Source: the human T2T-CHM13v2.0 reference genome, Homo sapiens. From it: 64,000 nt of DNA. Below, piece after piece: positions 12,301 through 26,200 of the stretch. Position 1 is the stretch's first letter, and every line of letters starts with the position of its first letter. The translations under genes were made by a program, and so were the position numbers. The notes below the pieces were generated by a model. The model ran no database searches. It worked only from the letters and a program-made list of their open reading frames with translations, and was not told the origin of the DNA. The DNA is taken from the NCBI RefSeq assembly GCF_009914755.1, contig NC_060943.1. One strand, given 5' to 3'.

Positions 12301-14292
12301 GAACGATCCTTTACACAGAGCAGACTTGAAACACTCTTTTTGTGGAATTTGCAAGTGGAGATTTCAGCCGCTTTGAGGTCAATGGTAGAATAGGAAATAT
12401 CTTCCTATAGAAACTAGACAGAATGATTCTCAGAAACTCCTTTGTGATGTGTGCGTTCAACTCACAGAGTTTAACCTTTCTTTTCATAGAGCAGTTGGGA
12501 AACACTCTGTTTGTAAAGTCTGCAAGTGGATATTCAGACCTCCTTGAGGCCTTCGTTGGAAACGGGATTTCTTCATATTATGCTAGACAGAAGAATTCTC
12601 AGTAACTTCCTTGTGTTGTGTGTATTCAACTCACAGAGTTGAACGATCCTTTACACAGAGCAGACTTGAAACACTCTTTTTGTGGAATTTGCAAGTGGAG
12701 ATTTCAGCCGCTTTGAGTTCAATGGTAGAATAGGAAATATCTTCCTACAGAAACTAGACAGAATGATTCTCAGAAACTCCTTTGTGATGTGTGCGTTCAA
12801 CTCACAGAGTTCAACCTTTCTTTTCATAGAGCAGTTGGGAAACACTCTGTTTGTAAAGTCTGCAAGTGGATATTCAGACTTCTTTGAGGCCTTCGTTGGA
12901 AGCGGGATTTCTTCATATTCTGCTAGACAGAAGAATTCTCAGTAACTGCCTTGTGTTGTGTGTATTCAACTCACAGTGTTGAACGATCCTTTACACAGAG
13001 CAGACTTGAAACACTCTTTTTGTGGAATTTGCAAGTGGAGATTTCAGCCGCTTTGACGTCAATGGTAGAATAGGAAATATCTTCCTATAGAAACTAGACA
13101 GAATGATTCTCAGAAACTCCTTTGTGATGTGTGCGTTCAACTCACAGAGTTCAACCTTTCTTTTCATAGAGCAGTTGGGAAACACTCTGTTTGTAAAGTC
13201 TGCAAGTGGATATTCAGACTTCTTTGAGGCCTTCGTTGGAAGCGGGATTTCTTCATATTCTGCTAGACAGAAGAATTCTCAGTAACTGCCTTGTGTTGTG
13301 TGTATTCAACTCACAGAGTTGAACGATCCTTTACACAGAGCAGACTTGAAACACTCTTTTTGTGGAATTTGCAAGTGGAGATTTCAGCCGCTTTGAGGTC
13401 AATGGTAGAATAGGAAATATCTTCCTATAGAAACTAGACAGAATGATTCTCAGAAACTCCTTTGTGATGTGTGCGTTCAACTCACAGAGTTTAACCTTTC
13501 TTTTCATAGAGCAGTTGGGAAACACTCTGTTTGTAAAGTCTGCAAGTGGATATTCAGACCTCCTTGAGGCCTTCGTTGGAAGCGGGATTTCTTCATGTTC
13601 TGCTAGACAGAAGAATTCTCAGAAACTTCCTTGTGTTGTGTGTTTTCAACTCACAGAGTTGAACGATCCTTTACACAGAGCAGACTTGAAACACTCCTTT
13701 TGTGGAATTTGCAAGTGGAGATTTCAGCCGCTTTGAGGTCAATGGTCGAAAAGGAAATATCTTCGTATAAAAACTAGACAGAATGATTCTCAGAAACTCC
13801 TTTGTGATGTGTGCGTTCAACTCACAGATTTTAACCTTTCTTTTCATAGAGCAGTTAGGAAACACTCTGTTTGTAAAGTCTGCAAGTGGATATTCAGACC
13901 TCCTTGAGGCCTTCGTTGGAAACGGGATTTCTTCATATTATGCTAGACAGAAGAATTCTCAGTAACTTCCTTGTGTTGTGTGTATTCAACTCACAGAGTT
14001 GAACGATCCTTTACACAGAGCAGACTTGAAACACTCTTTTTGTGGAATTTGCAAGTGGAGATTTCAGCCGCTTTGAGGTCAATGTTAGAATAGGAAATAT
14101 CTTCCTATAGAAACTAGACAGAATGATTCTCAGAACCTCCTTTGTGATGTGTGCGTTCAACTCACAGAGTTTAACCTTTCTTTTCATAGAGCAGTTAGGA
14201 AACACTCTGTTTGTAAAGTCTGCAAGTGGATATTCAGACCTCCTTGAGGCTTTCGTTGGAAACGGGATTTCTTCATATTCTGCTAGAAAGAA

Positions 14293-17200
14293 GAATTCTC
14301 AGTAACTTCCTTGTGTTGTGTGTATTCAACTCACAGAGTTGAACGATCCTTTACACAGAGCAGACTTGAAACACTCTTTTTGTGGAATTTGCAAGTGGAG
14401 ATTTCAGCCGCTTTGAGGTCAATGGTAGAATAGGAAATATCTTCCTATAGAAACTAGACAGAATGATTCTCAGAAACTCCTTTGTGATGTGTGCGTTCAA
14501 CTCACAGAGTTTAACCTTTCTTTTCATAGAGCAGTTGGGAAACACTCTGTTTGTAAAGTCTGCAAGTGGATATTCAGACCTCCTTGAGGCTTTCGTTGGA
14601 AACGGGATTTCTTCATATTCTGCTAGAAAGAAGAATTCTCAGTAACTTCCTTGTGTTGTGTGTATTCAACTCACAGAGTTGAACGATCCTTTACACAGAG
14701 CAGACTTGAAACACTCTTTTTGTGGAATTTGCAAGTGGAGATTTCAGCCGCTTTGAGGTCAATGGTAGAATAGGAAATATCTTCCTATAGAAACTAGACA
14801 GAATGATTCTCAGAAACTCCTTTGTGATGTGTGCGTTCAACTCACAGAGTTTAACCTTTCTTTTCATAGAGCAGTTAGGAAACACTCTGTTTGTAAAGTC
14901 TGCAAGTGGATATTCAGACATCTTTGAGGCCTTCGTTGGAAACGGGATTTCTTCATGTTCTGCTAGACAGAAGAATTCTCAGAAACTTCCTTGTGTTGTG
15001 TGTTTTCAACTCACAGAGTTGAACGATGCTTTACACAGAGTAGACTTGAAACACTCTTTTTGTGTAATTTGCAAGTGGAGATTTCAGCCGCTTTGAGGTC
15101 AATGGTAGAAAAGGAAATATCTTCGTATAAAAACTAGACAGAATGATTCTCAGAAACTCCTTTGTGATGTGTGCGTTCAACTCACAGAGTTTAACCTTTC
15201 TTTTCATAGAGCAGTTAGGAAACACTCTGTTTGTAAAGTCTGCAAGTGGATATTCAGACCTCCTTGAGGCCTTCGTTGGAAACGGGATTTCTTCATATTA
15301 TGCTAGACAGAAGAATTCTCAGTAACTTCCTTGTGTTGTGTGTATTCAACTCACAGAGTTGAACGATCCTTTACACAGAGCAGACTTGAAACACTCTTTT
15401 TGTGGAATTTGCAAGTGGAGATTTCAGCCGCTTTGAGGTCAATGGTAGAATAGGAAATATCTTCCTATAGAAACTAGACAGAATGATTCTCAGAAACTCC
15501 TTTGTGATGTGTGCGTTCAACTCACACAGTTTAACCTTTCTTTTCATAGAGCAGTTAGGAAACACTCTGTTTGTAAAGTCTGCAAGTGGATATTCAGACC
15601 TCCTTGAGGCATTCGTTGGAAACGGGATTTCTTCATATTATGCTAGACAGAAGAATTCTCAGTAACTTCCTTGTGTTGTGTGTATTCAACTCACAGAGTT
15701 GAACGATCCTTTACACAGAGCAGACTTGAAACACTCTTTTTGTGGAATTTGCAAGTGGAGATTTCAGCCGCTTTGAGTTCAATGGTAGAATAGGAAATAT
15801 CTTCCTATAGAAACTAGACAGAATGATTCTCAGAAACTCCTTTGTGATGTGTGCGTTCAACTCACAGAGTTCAACCTTTCTTTTCATAGAGCAGTTGGGA
15901 AACACTCTGTTTGTAAAGTCTGCAAGTGGATATTCAGACTTCTTTGAGGCCTTCGTTGGAAGCGGGATTTCTTCATGTTCAGCTAGACAGAAGAATTCTC
16001 AGAAACTTCCTTGTGTTGTGTGTTTTCAACTCACAGAGTTGAACGATCCTTTACACAGAGCAGACTTGAAACACTCCTTTTGTGGAATTTGCAAGTGGAG
16101 ATTTCAGCCGCTTTGAGGTCAATGGTAGAATAGGAAATATCTTCCTATAGAAACTAGACAGAATGATTCTCAGAAACTCCTTTGTGATGTGTGCGTTCAA
16201 CTCACAGAGTTTAACCTTTCTTTTCATAGAGCAGTTAGGAAACACTCTGTTTGTAAAGTCTGCAAGTGGATATTCAGACATCCTTGAGGCTTTCGTTGGA
16301 AACGGGATTTCTTCATATTCTGCTAGAAAGAAGAATTCTCAGTAACTTCCTTGTGTTGTGTGTATTCAACTCACAGAGTTGAACGATCCTTTACACAGAG
16401 CAGACTTGAAACACTCTTTTTGTGGAATTTGCAAGTGGAGATTTCAGCCGCTTTGAGGTCAATGGTAGAATAGGAAATATCTTCCTATAGAAACTAGACA
16501 GAATGATTCTCAGAAACTCCTTTGTGATGTGTGCGTTCAACTCACAGAGTTTAACCTTTCTTTTCATAGAGCAGTTGGGAAACACTCTGTTTGTAAAGTC
16601 TGCAAGTGGATATTCAGACCTCCTTGAGGCTTTCGTTGGAAACGGGATTTCTTCATATTCTGCTAGAAAGAAGAATTCTCAGTAACTTCCTTGTGTTGTG
16701 TGTATTCAACTCACAGAGTTGAACGATCCTTTACACAGAGCAGACTTGAAACACTCTTTTTGTGGAATTTGCAAGTGGAGATTTCAGCCGCTTTGAGGTC
16801 AATGGTAGAATAGGAAATATCTTCCTATAGAAACTAGACAGAATGATTCTCAGAAACTCCTTTGTGATGTGTGCGTTCAACTCACAGAGTTTAACCTTTC
16901 TTTTCATAGAGCAGTTAGGAAACACTCTGTTTGTAAAGTCTGCAAGTGGATATTCAGACCTCCTTGAGGCCTTCGTTGGAAACGGGATTTCTTCATATTA
17001 TGCTAGACAGAAGAATTCTCAGTAACTTCCTTGTGTTGTGTGTATTCAACTCACAGAGTTGAACGATCCTTTACACAGAGCAGACTTGAAACACTCTTTT
17101 TGTGGAATTTGCAAGTGGAGATTTCAGCCGCTTTGAGGTCAATGGTAGAATAGGAAATATCTTCCTATAGAAACTAGACAGAATGATTCTCAGAAACTCC

Positions 17201-20200
17201 TTTGTGATGTGTGCGTTCAACTCACACAGTTTAACCTTTCTTTTCATAGAGCAGTTAGGAAACACTCTGTTTGTAAAGTCTGCAAGTGGATATTCAGACC
17301 TCCTTGAGGCATTCGTTGGAAACGGGATTTCTTCATATTATGCTAGACAGAAGAATTCTCAGTAACTTCCTTGTGTTGTGTGTATTCAACTCACAGAGTT
17401 GAACGATCCTTTACACAGAGCAGACTTGAAACACTCTTTTTGTGGAATTTGCAAGTGGAGATTTCAGCCGCTTTGAGTTCAATGGTAGAATAGGAAATAT
17501 CTTCCTATAGAAACTAGACAGAATGATTCTCAGAAACTCCTTTGTGATGTGTGCGTTCAACTCACAGAGTTCAACCTTTCTTTTCATAGAGCAGTTGGGA
17601 AACACTCTGTTTGTAAAGTCTGCAAGTGGATATTCAGACTTCTTTGAGGCCTTCGTTGGAAGCGGGATTTCTTCATGTTCAGCTAGACAGAAGAATTCTC
17701 AGAAACTTCCTTGTGTTGTGTGTTTTCAACTCACAGAGTTGAACGATCCTTTACACAGAGCAGACTTGAAACACTCCTTTTGTGGAATTTGCAAGTGGAG
17801 ATTTCAGCCGCTTTGAGGTCAATGGTAGAATAGGAAGTATCTTCCTATAGAAACTAGACAGAATGATTCTCAGAAACTCCTTTGTGATGTGTGCGTTCAA
17901 CTCACAGAGTTTAACCTTTCTTTTCATAGAGCAGTTAGGAAACACTCTGTTTGTAAAGTCTGCAAGTGGATATTCAGACATCCTTGAGGCTTTCGTTGGA
18001 AACGGGATTTCTTCATATTCTGCTAGAAAGAAGAATTCTCAGTAACTTCCTTGTGTTGTGTGTATTCAACTCACAGAGTTGAACGATCCTTTACACAGAG
18101 CAGACTTGAAACACTCTTTTTGTGGAATTTGCAAGTGGAGATTTCAGCCGCTTTGAGGTCAATGGTAGAATAGGAAATATCTTCCTATAGAAACTAGACA
18201 GAATGATTCTCAGAAACTCCTTTGTGATGTGTGCGTTCAACTCACAGAGTTTAACCTTTCTTTTCATAGAGCAGTTGGGAAACACTCTGTTTGTAAAGTC
18301 TGCAAGTGGATATTCAGACCTCCTTGAGGCTTTCGTTGGAAACGGGATTTCTTCATATTCTGCTAGAAAGAAGAATTCTCAGTAACTTCCTTGTGTTGTG
18401 TGTATTCAACTCACAGAGTTGAACGATCCTTTACACAGAGCAGACTTGAAACACTCTTTTTGTGGAATTTGCAAGTGGAGATTTCAGCCGCTTTGAGGTC
18501 AATGGTAGAATAGGAAATATCTTCCTATAGAAACTAGACAGAATGATTCTCAGAAACTCCTTTGTGATGTGTGCGTTCAACTCACAGAGTTTAACCTTTC
18601 TTTTCATAGAGCAGTTAGGAAACACTCTGTTTGTAAAGTCTGCAAGTGGATATTCAGACATCTTTGAGGCCTTCGTTGGAAACGGGATTTCTTCATGTTC
18701 TGCTAGACAGAAGAATTCTCAGAAACTTCCTTGTGTTGTGTGTTTTCAACTCACAGAGTTGAACGATGCTTTACACAGAGTAGACTTGAAACACTCTTTT
18801 TGTGTAATTTGCAAGTGGAGATTTCAGCCGCTTTGAGGTCAATGGTAGAAAAGGAAATATCTTCGTATAAAAACTAGACAGAATGATTCTCAGAAACTCC
18901 TTTGTGATGTGTGCGTTCAACTCACAGAGTTTAACCTTTCTTTTCATAGAGCAGTTAGGAAACACTCTGTTTGTAAAGTCTGCAAGTGGATATTCAGACC
19001 TCCTTGAGGCCTTCGTTGGAAACGGGATTTCTTCATATTATGCTAGACAGAAGAATTCTCAGTAACTTCCTTGTGTTGTGTGTATTCAACTCACAGAGTT
19101 GAACGATCCTTTACACAGAGCAGACTTGAAACACTCTTTTTGTGGAATTTGCAAGTGGAGATTTCAGCCGCTTTGAGGTCAATGGTAGAATAGGAAATAT
19201 CTTCCTATAGAAACTAGACAGAATGATTCTCAGAAACTCCTTTGTGATGTGTGCGTTCAACTCACACAGTTTAACCTTTCTTTTCATAGAGCAGTTAGGA
19301 AACACTCTGTTTGTAAAGTCTGCAAGTGGATATTCAGACCTCCTTGAGGCATTCGTTGGAAACGGGATTTCTTCATATTATGCTAGACAGAAGAATTCTC
19401 AGTAACTTCCTTGTGTTGTGTGTATTCAACTCACAGAGTTGAACGATCCTTTACACAGAGCAGACTTGAAACACTCTTTTTGTGGAATTTGCAAGTGGAG
19501 ATTTCAGCCGCTTTGAGTTCAATGGTAGAATAGGAAATACCTTCCTATAGAAACTAGACAGAATGATTCTCAGAAACTCCTTTGTGATGTGTGCGTTCAA
19601 CTCACAGAGTTCAACCTTTCTTTTCATAGAGCAGTTGGGAAACACTCTGTTTGTAAAGTCTGCAAGTGGATATTCAGACTTCTTTGAGGCCTTCGTTGGA
19701 AGCGGGATTTCTTCATGTTCAGCTAGACAGAAGAATTCTCAGAAACTTCCTTGTGTTGTGTGTTTTCAACTCACAGAGTTGAACGATCCTTTACACAGAG
19801 CAGACTTGAAACACTCCTTTTGTGGAATTTGCAAGTGGAGATTTCAGCCGCTTTGAGGTCAATGGTAGAATAGGAAATATCTTCCTATAGAAACTAGACA
19901 GAATGATTCTCAGAAACTCCTTTGTGATGTGTGCGTTCAACTCACAGAGTTTAACCTTTCTTTTCATAGAGCAGTTAGGAAACACTCTGTTTGTAAAGTC
20001 TGCAAGTGGATATTCAGACATCCTTGAGGCTTTCGTTGGAAACGGGATTTCTTCATATTCTGCTAGAAAGAAGAATTCTCAGTAACTTCCTTGTGTTGTG
20101 TGTATTCAACTCACAGAGTTGAACGATCCTTTACACAGAGCAGACTTGAAACACTCTTTTTGTGGAATTTGCAAGTGGAGATTTCAGCCGCTTTGAGGTC

Positions 20201-23200
20201 AATGGTAGAATAGGAAATATCTTCCTATAGAAACTAGACAGAATGATTCTCAGAAACTCCTTTGTGATGTGTGCGTTCAACTCACAGAGTTTAACCTTTC
20301 TTTTCATAGAGCAGTTGGGAAACACTCTGTTTGTAAAGTCTGCAAGTGGATATTCAGACCTCCTTGAGGCTTTCGTTGGAAACGGGATTTCTTCATATTC
20401 TGCTAGAAAGAAGAATTCTCAGTAACTTCCTTGTGTTGTGTGTATTCAACTCACAGAGTTGAACGATCCTTTACACAGAGCAGACTTGAAACACTCTTTT
20501 TGTGGAATTTGCAAGTGGAGATTTCAGCCGCTTTGAGGTCAATGGTAGAATAGGAAATATCTTCCTATAGAAACTAGACAGAATGATTCTCAGAAACTCC
20601 TTTGTGATGTGTGCGTTCAACTCACAGAGTTTAACCTTTCTTTTCATAGAGCAGTTAGGAAACACTCTGTTTGTAAAGTCTGCAAGTGGATATTCAGACA
20701 TCTTTGAGGCCTTCGTTGGAAACGGGATTTCTTCATGTTCTGCTAGACAGAAGAATTCTCAGAAACTTCCTTGTGTTGTGTGTTTTCAACTCACAGAGTT
20801 GAACGATGCTTTACACAGAGTAGACTTGAAACACTCTTTTTGTGTAATTTGCAAGTGGAGATTTCAGCCGCTTTGAGGTCAATGGTAGAAAAGGAAATAT
20901 CTTCGTATAAAAACTAGACAGAATGATTCTCAGAAACTCCTTTGTGATGTGTGCGTTCAACTCACAGAGTTTAACCTTTCTTTTCATAGAGCAGTTAGGA
21001 AACACTCTGTTTGTAAAGTCTGCAAGTGGATATTCAGACCTCCTTGAGGCCTTCGTTGGAAACGGGATTTCTTCATATTATGCTAGACAGAAGAATTCTC
21101 AGTAACTTCCTTGTGTTGTGTGTATTCAACTCACAGAGTTGAACGATCCTTTACACAGAGCAGACTTGAAACACTCTTTTTGTGGAATTTGCAAGTGGAG
21201 ATTTCAGCCGCTTTGAGGTCAATGGTAGAATAGGAAATATCTTCCTATAGAAACTAGACAGAATGATTCTCAGAAACTCCTTTGTGATGTGTGCGTTCAA
21301 CTCACACAGTTTAACCTTTCTTTTCATAGAGCAGTTAGGAAACACTCTGTTTGTAAAGTCTGCAAGTGGATATTCAGACCTCCTTGAGGCATTCGTTGGA
21401 AACGGGATTTCTTCATATTATGCTAGACAGAAGAATTCTCAGTAACTTCCTTGTGTTGTGTGTATTCAACTCACAGAGTTGAATGATCCTTTACACAGAG
21501 CAGACTTGAAACACTCTTTTTGTGGAATTTGCAAGTGGAGATTTCAGCCGCTTTGAGTTCAATGGTAGAATAGGAAATATCTTCCTATAGAAACTAGACA
21601 GAATGATTCTCAGAAACTCCTTTGTGATGTGTGCGTTCAACTCACAGAGTTCAACCTTTCTTTTCATAGAGCAGTTGGGAAACACTCTGTTTGTAAAGTC
21701 TGCAAGTGGATATTCAGACTTCTTTGAGGCCTTCGTTGGAAGCGGGATTTCTTCATGTTCAGCTAGACAGAAGAATTCTCAGAAACTTCCTTGTGTTGTG
21801 TGTTTTCAACTCACAGAGTTGAACGATCCTTTACACAGAGCAGACTTGAAACACTCCTTTTGTGGAATTTGCAAGTGGAGATTTCAGCCGCTTTGAGGTC
21901 AATGGTAGAATAGGAAATATCTTCCTATAGAAACTAGACAGAATGATTCTCAGAAACTCCTTTGTGATGTGTGCGTTCAACTCACAGAGTTTAACCTTTC
22001 TTTTCATAGAGCAGTTAGGAAACACTCTGTTTGTAAAGTCTGCAAGTGGATATTCAGACATCCTTGAGGCTTTCGTTGGAAACGGGATTTCTTCATATTC
22101 TGCTAGAAAGAAGAATTCTCAGTAACTTCCTTGTGTTGTGTGTATTCAACTCACAGAGTTGAACGATCCTTTACACAGAGCAGACTTGAAACACTCTTTT
22201 TGTGGAATTTGCAAGTGGAGATTTCAGCCGCTTTGAGGTCAATGGTAGAATAGGAAATATCTTCCTATAGAAACTAGACAGAATGATTCTCAGAAACTCC
22301 TTTGTGATGTGTGCGTTCAACTCACAGAGTTTAACCTTTCTTTTCATAGAGCAGTTGGGAAACACTCTGTTTGTAAAGTCTGCAAGTGGATATTCAGACC
22401 TCCTTGAGGCTTTCGTTGGAAACGGGATTTCTTCATATTCTGCTAGAAAGAAGAATTCTCAGTAACTTCCTTGTGTTGTGTGTATTCAACTCACAGAGTT
22501 GAACGATCCTTTACACAGAGCAGACTTGAAACACTCTTTTTGTGGAATTTGCAAGTGGAGATTTCAGCCGCTTTGAGGTCAATGGTAGAATAGGAAATAT
22601 CTTCCTATAGAAACTAGACAGAATGATTCTCAGAAACTCCTTTGTGATGTGTGCGTTCAACTCACAGAGTTTAACCTTTCTTTTCATAGAGCAGTTAGGA
22701 AACACTCTGTTTGTAAAGTCTGCAAGTGGATATTCAGACATCTTTGAGGCCTTCGTTGAAACGGGATTTCTTCATGTTCTGCTAGACAGAAGAATTCTCA
22801 GAAACTTCCTTGTGTTGTGTGTTTTCAACTCACAGAGTTGAACGATGCTTTACACAGAGTAGACTTGAAACACTCTTTTTGTGTAATTTGCAAGTGGAGA
22901 TTTCAGCCGCTTTGAGGTCAATGGTAGAAAAGGAAATATCTTCGTATAAAAACTAGACAGAATGATTCTCAGAAACTCCTTTGTGATGTGTGCGTTCAAC
23001 TCACAGAGTTTAACCTTTCTTTTCATAGAGCAGTTAGGAATCACTCTGTTTGTAAAGTCTGCAAGTGGATATTCAGACCTCCTTGAGGCCTTCGTTGGAA
23101 ACGGGATTTCTTCATATTATGCTAGACAGAAGAATTCTCAGTAACTTCCTTGTGTTGTGTGTATTCAACTCACAGAGTTGAACGATCCTTTACACAGAGC

Positions 23201-26200
23201 AGACTTGAAACACTCTTTTTGTGGAATTTGCAAGTGGAGATTTCAGCCGCTTTGAGGTCAATGGTAGAATAGGAAATATCTTCCTATAGAAACTAGACAG
23301 AATGATTCTCAGAAACTCCTTTGTGATGTGTGCGTTCAACTCACACAGTTTAACCTTTCTTTTCATAGAGCAGTTAGGAAACACTCTGTTTGTAAAGTCT
23401 GCAAGTGGATATTCAGACCTCCTTGAGGCATTCGTTGGAAACGGGATTTCTTCATATTATGCTAGACAGAAGAATTCTCAGTAACTTCCTTGTGTTGTGT
23501 GTATTCAACTCACAGAGTTGAACGATCCTTTACACAGAGCAGACTTGAAACACTCTTTTTGTGGAATTTGCAAGTGGAGATTTCAGCCGCTTTGAGTTCA
23601 ATGGTAGAATAGGAAATATCTTCCTATAGAAACTAGACAGAATGATTCTCAGAAACTCCTTTGTGATGTGTGCGTTCAACTCACAGAGTTCAACCTTTCT
23701 TTTCATAGAGCAGTTGGGAAACACTCTGTTTGTAAAGTCTGCAAGTGGATATTCAGACTTCTTTGAGGCCTTCGTTGGAAGCGGGATTTCTTCATGTTCA
23801 GCTAGACAGAAGAATTCTCATAAACTTCCTTGTGTTGTGTGTTTTCAACTCACAGAGTTGAACGATCCTTTACACAGAGCAGACTTGAAACACTCCTTTT
23901 GTGGAATTTGCAAGTGGAGATTTCAGCCGCTTTGAGGTCAATGGTAGAATAGGAAATATCTTCCTATAGAAACTAGACAGAATGATTCTCAGAAACTCCT
24001 TTGTGATGTGTGCGTTCAACTCACAGAGTTTAACCTTTCTTTTCATAGAGCAGTTGGGAAACACTCTGTTTGTAAAGTCTGCAAGTGGATATTCAGACAT
24101 CCTTGAGGCTTTCGTTGGAAACGGGATTTCTTCATATTCTGCTAGAAAGAAGAATTCTCAGTAACTTCCTTGTGTTGTGTGTATTCAACTCACAGAGTTG
24201 AACGATCCTTTACACAGAGCAGACTTGAAACACTCTTTTTGTGGAATTTGCAAGTGGAGATTTCAGCCGCTTTGAGTTCAATGGTAGAATAGGAAATATC
24301 TTCCTATAGAAACTAGACAGAATGATTCTCAGAAACTCCTTTGTGATGTGTGCGTTCAACTCACAGAGTTCAACCTTTCTTTTCATAGAGCAGTTGGGAA
24401 ACACTCTGTTTGTAAAGTCTGCAAGTGGATATTCAGACTTCTTTGAGGCCTTCGTTGGAAGCGGGATTTCTTCATGTTCAGCTAGACAGAAGAATTCTCA
24501 GAAACTTCCTTGTGTTGTGTGTTTTCAACTCACAGAGTTGAACGATCCTTTACACAGAGCAGACTTGAAACACTCCTTTTGTGGAATTTGCAAGTGGAGA
24601 TTTCAGCCGCTTTGAGGTCAATGGTAGAATAGGAAATATCTTCCTATAGAAACTAGACAGAATGATTCTCAGAAACTCCTTTGTGATGTGTGCGTTCAAC
24701 TCACAGAGTTTAACCTTTCTTTTCATAGAGCAGTTAGGAAACACTCTGTTTGTAAAGTCTGCAAGTGGATATTCAGACATCCTTGAGGCTTTCGTTGGAA
24801 ACGGGATTTCTTCATATTCTGCTAGAAAGAAGAATTCTCAGTAACTTCCTTGTGTTGTGTGTATTCAACTCACAGAGTTGAACGATCCTTTACACAGAGC
24901 AGACTTGAAACACTCTTTTTGTGGAATTTGCAAGTGGAGATTTCAGCCGCTTTGAGGTCAATGGTAGAATAGGAAATATCTTCCTATAGAAACTAGACAG
25001 AATGATTCTCAGAAACTCCTTTGTGATGTGTGCGTTCAACTCACAGAGTTTAACCTTTCTTTTCATAGAGCAGTTGGGAAACACTCTGTTTGTAAAGTCT
25101 GCAAGTGGATATTCAGACCTCCTTGAGGCTTTCGTTGGAAACGGGATTTCTTCATATTCTGCTAGAAAGAAGAATTCTCAGTAACTTCCTTGTGTTGTGT
25201 GTATTCAACTCACAGAGTTGAACGATCCTTTACACAGAGCAGACTTGAAACACTCTTTTTGTGGAATTTGCAAGTGGAGATTTCAGCCGCTTTGAGGTCA
25301 ATGGTAGAATAGGAAATATCTTCCTATAGAAACTAGACAGAATGATTCTCAGAAACTCCTTTGTGATGTGTGCGTTCAACTCACAGAGTTTAACCTTTCT
25401 TTTCATAGAGCAGTTAGGAAACACTCTGTTTGTAAAGTCTGCAAGTGGATATTCAGACATCTTTGAGGCCTTCGTTGGAAACGGGATTTCTTCATGTTCT
25501 GCTAGACAGAAGAATTCTCAGAAACTTCCTTGTGTTGTGTGTTTTCAACTCACAGAGTTGAACGATGCTTTACACAGAGTAGACTTGAAACACTCTTTTT
25601 GTGTAATTTGCAAGTGGAGATTTCAGCCGCTTTGAGGTCAATGGTAGAAAAGGAAATATCTTCGTATAAAAACTAGACAGAATGATTCTCAGAAACTCCT
25701 TTGTGATGTGTGCGTTCAACTCACAGAGTTTAACCTTTCTTTTCATAGAGCAGTTAGGAAACACTCTGTTTGTAAAGTCTGCAAGTGGATATTCAGACCT
25801 CCTTGAGGCCTTCGTTGGAAACGGGATTTCTTCATATTATGCTAGACAGAAGAATTCTCAGTAACTTCCTTGTGTTGTGTGTATTCAACTCACAGAGTTG
25901 AACGATCCTTTACACAGAGCAGACTTGAAACACTCTTTTTGTGGAATTTGCAAGTGGAGATTTCAGCCGCTTTGAGGTCAATGGTAGAATAGGAAATATC
26001 TTCCTATAGAAACTAGACAGAATGATTCTCAGAAACTCCTTTGTGATGTGTGCGTTCAACTCACACAGTTTAACCTTTCTTTTCATAGAGCAGTTAGGAA
26101 ACACTCTGTTTGTAAAGTCTGCAAGTGGATATTCAGACCTCCTTGAGGCATTCGTTGGAAACGGGATTTCTTCATATTATGCTAGACAGAAGAATTCTCA

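Larger units (their letters stand above)
1..14292 (+). repeat. Left heterogeneous dimer domain with local 8-dimer (2720 bp) and 14-dimer (4760 bp) periodicities
   Basis: Private SNVs recur at fixed offsets: GGATTTTG at about 105 and 2825; TTTTAATAG...GTAAATTC at about 1265, 3985, 6705 and 11465; GAGAATTC at 3751, 6471 and 11231; CCTACAG at about 5268, 7988, 10028 and 12748. Confidence 0.85.
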
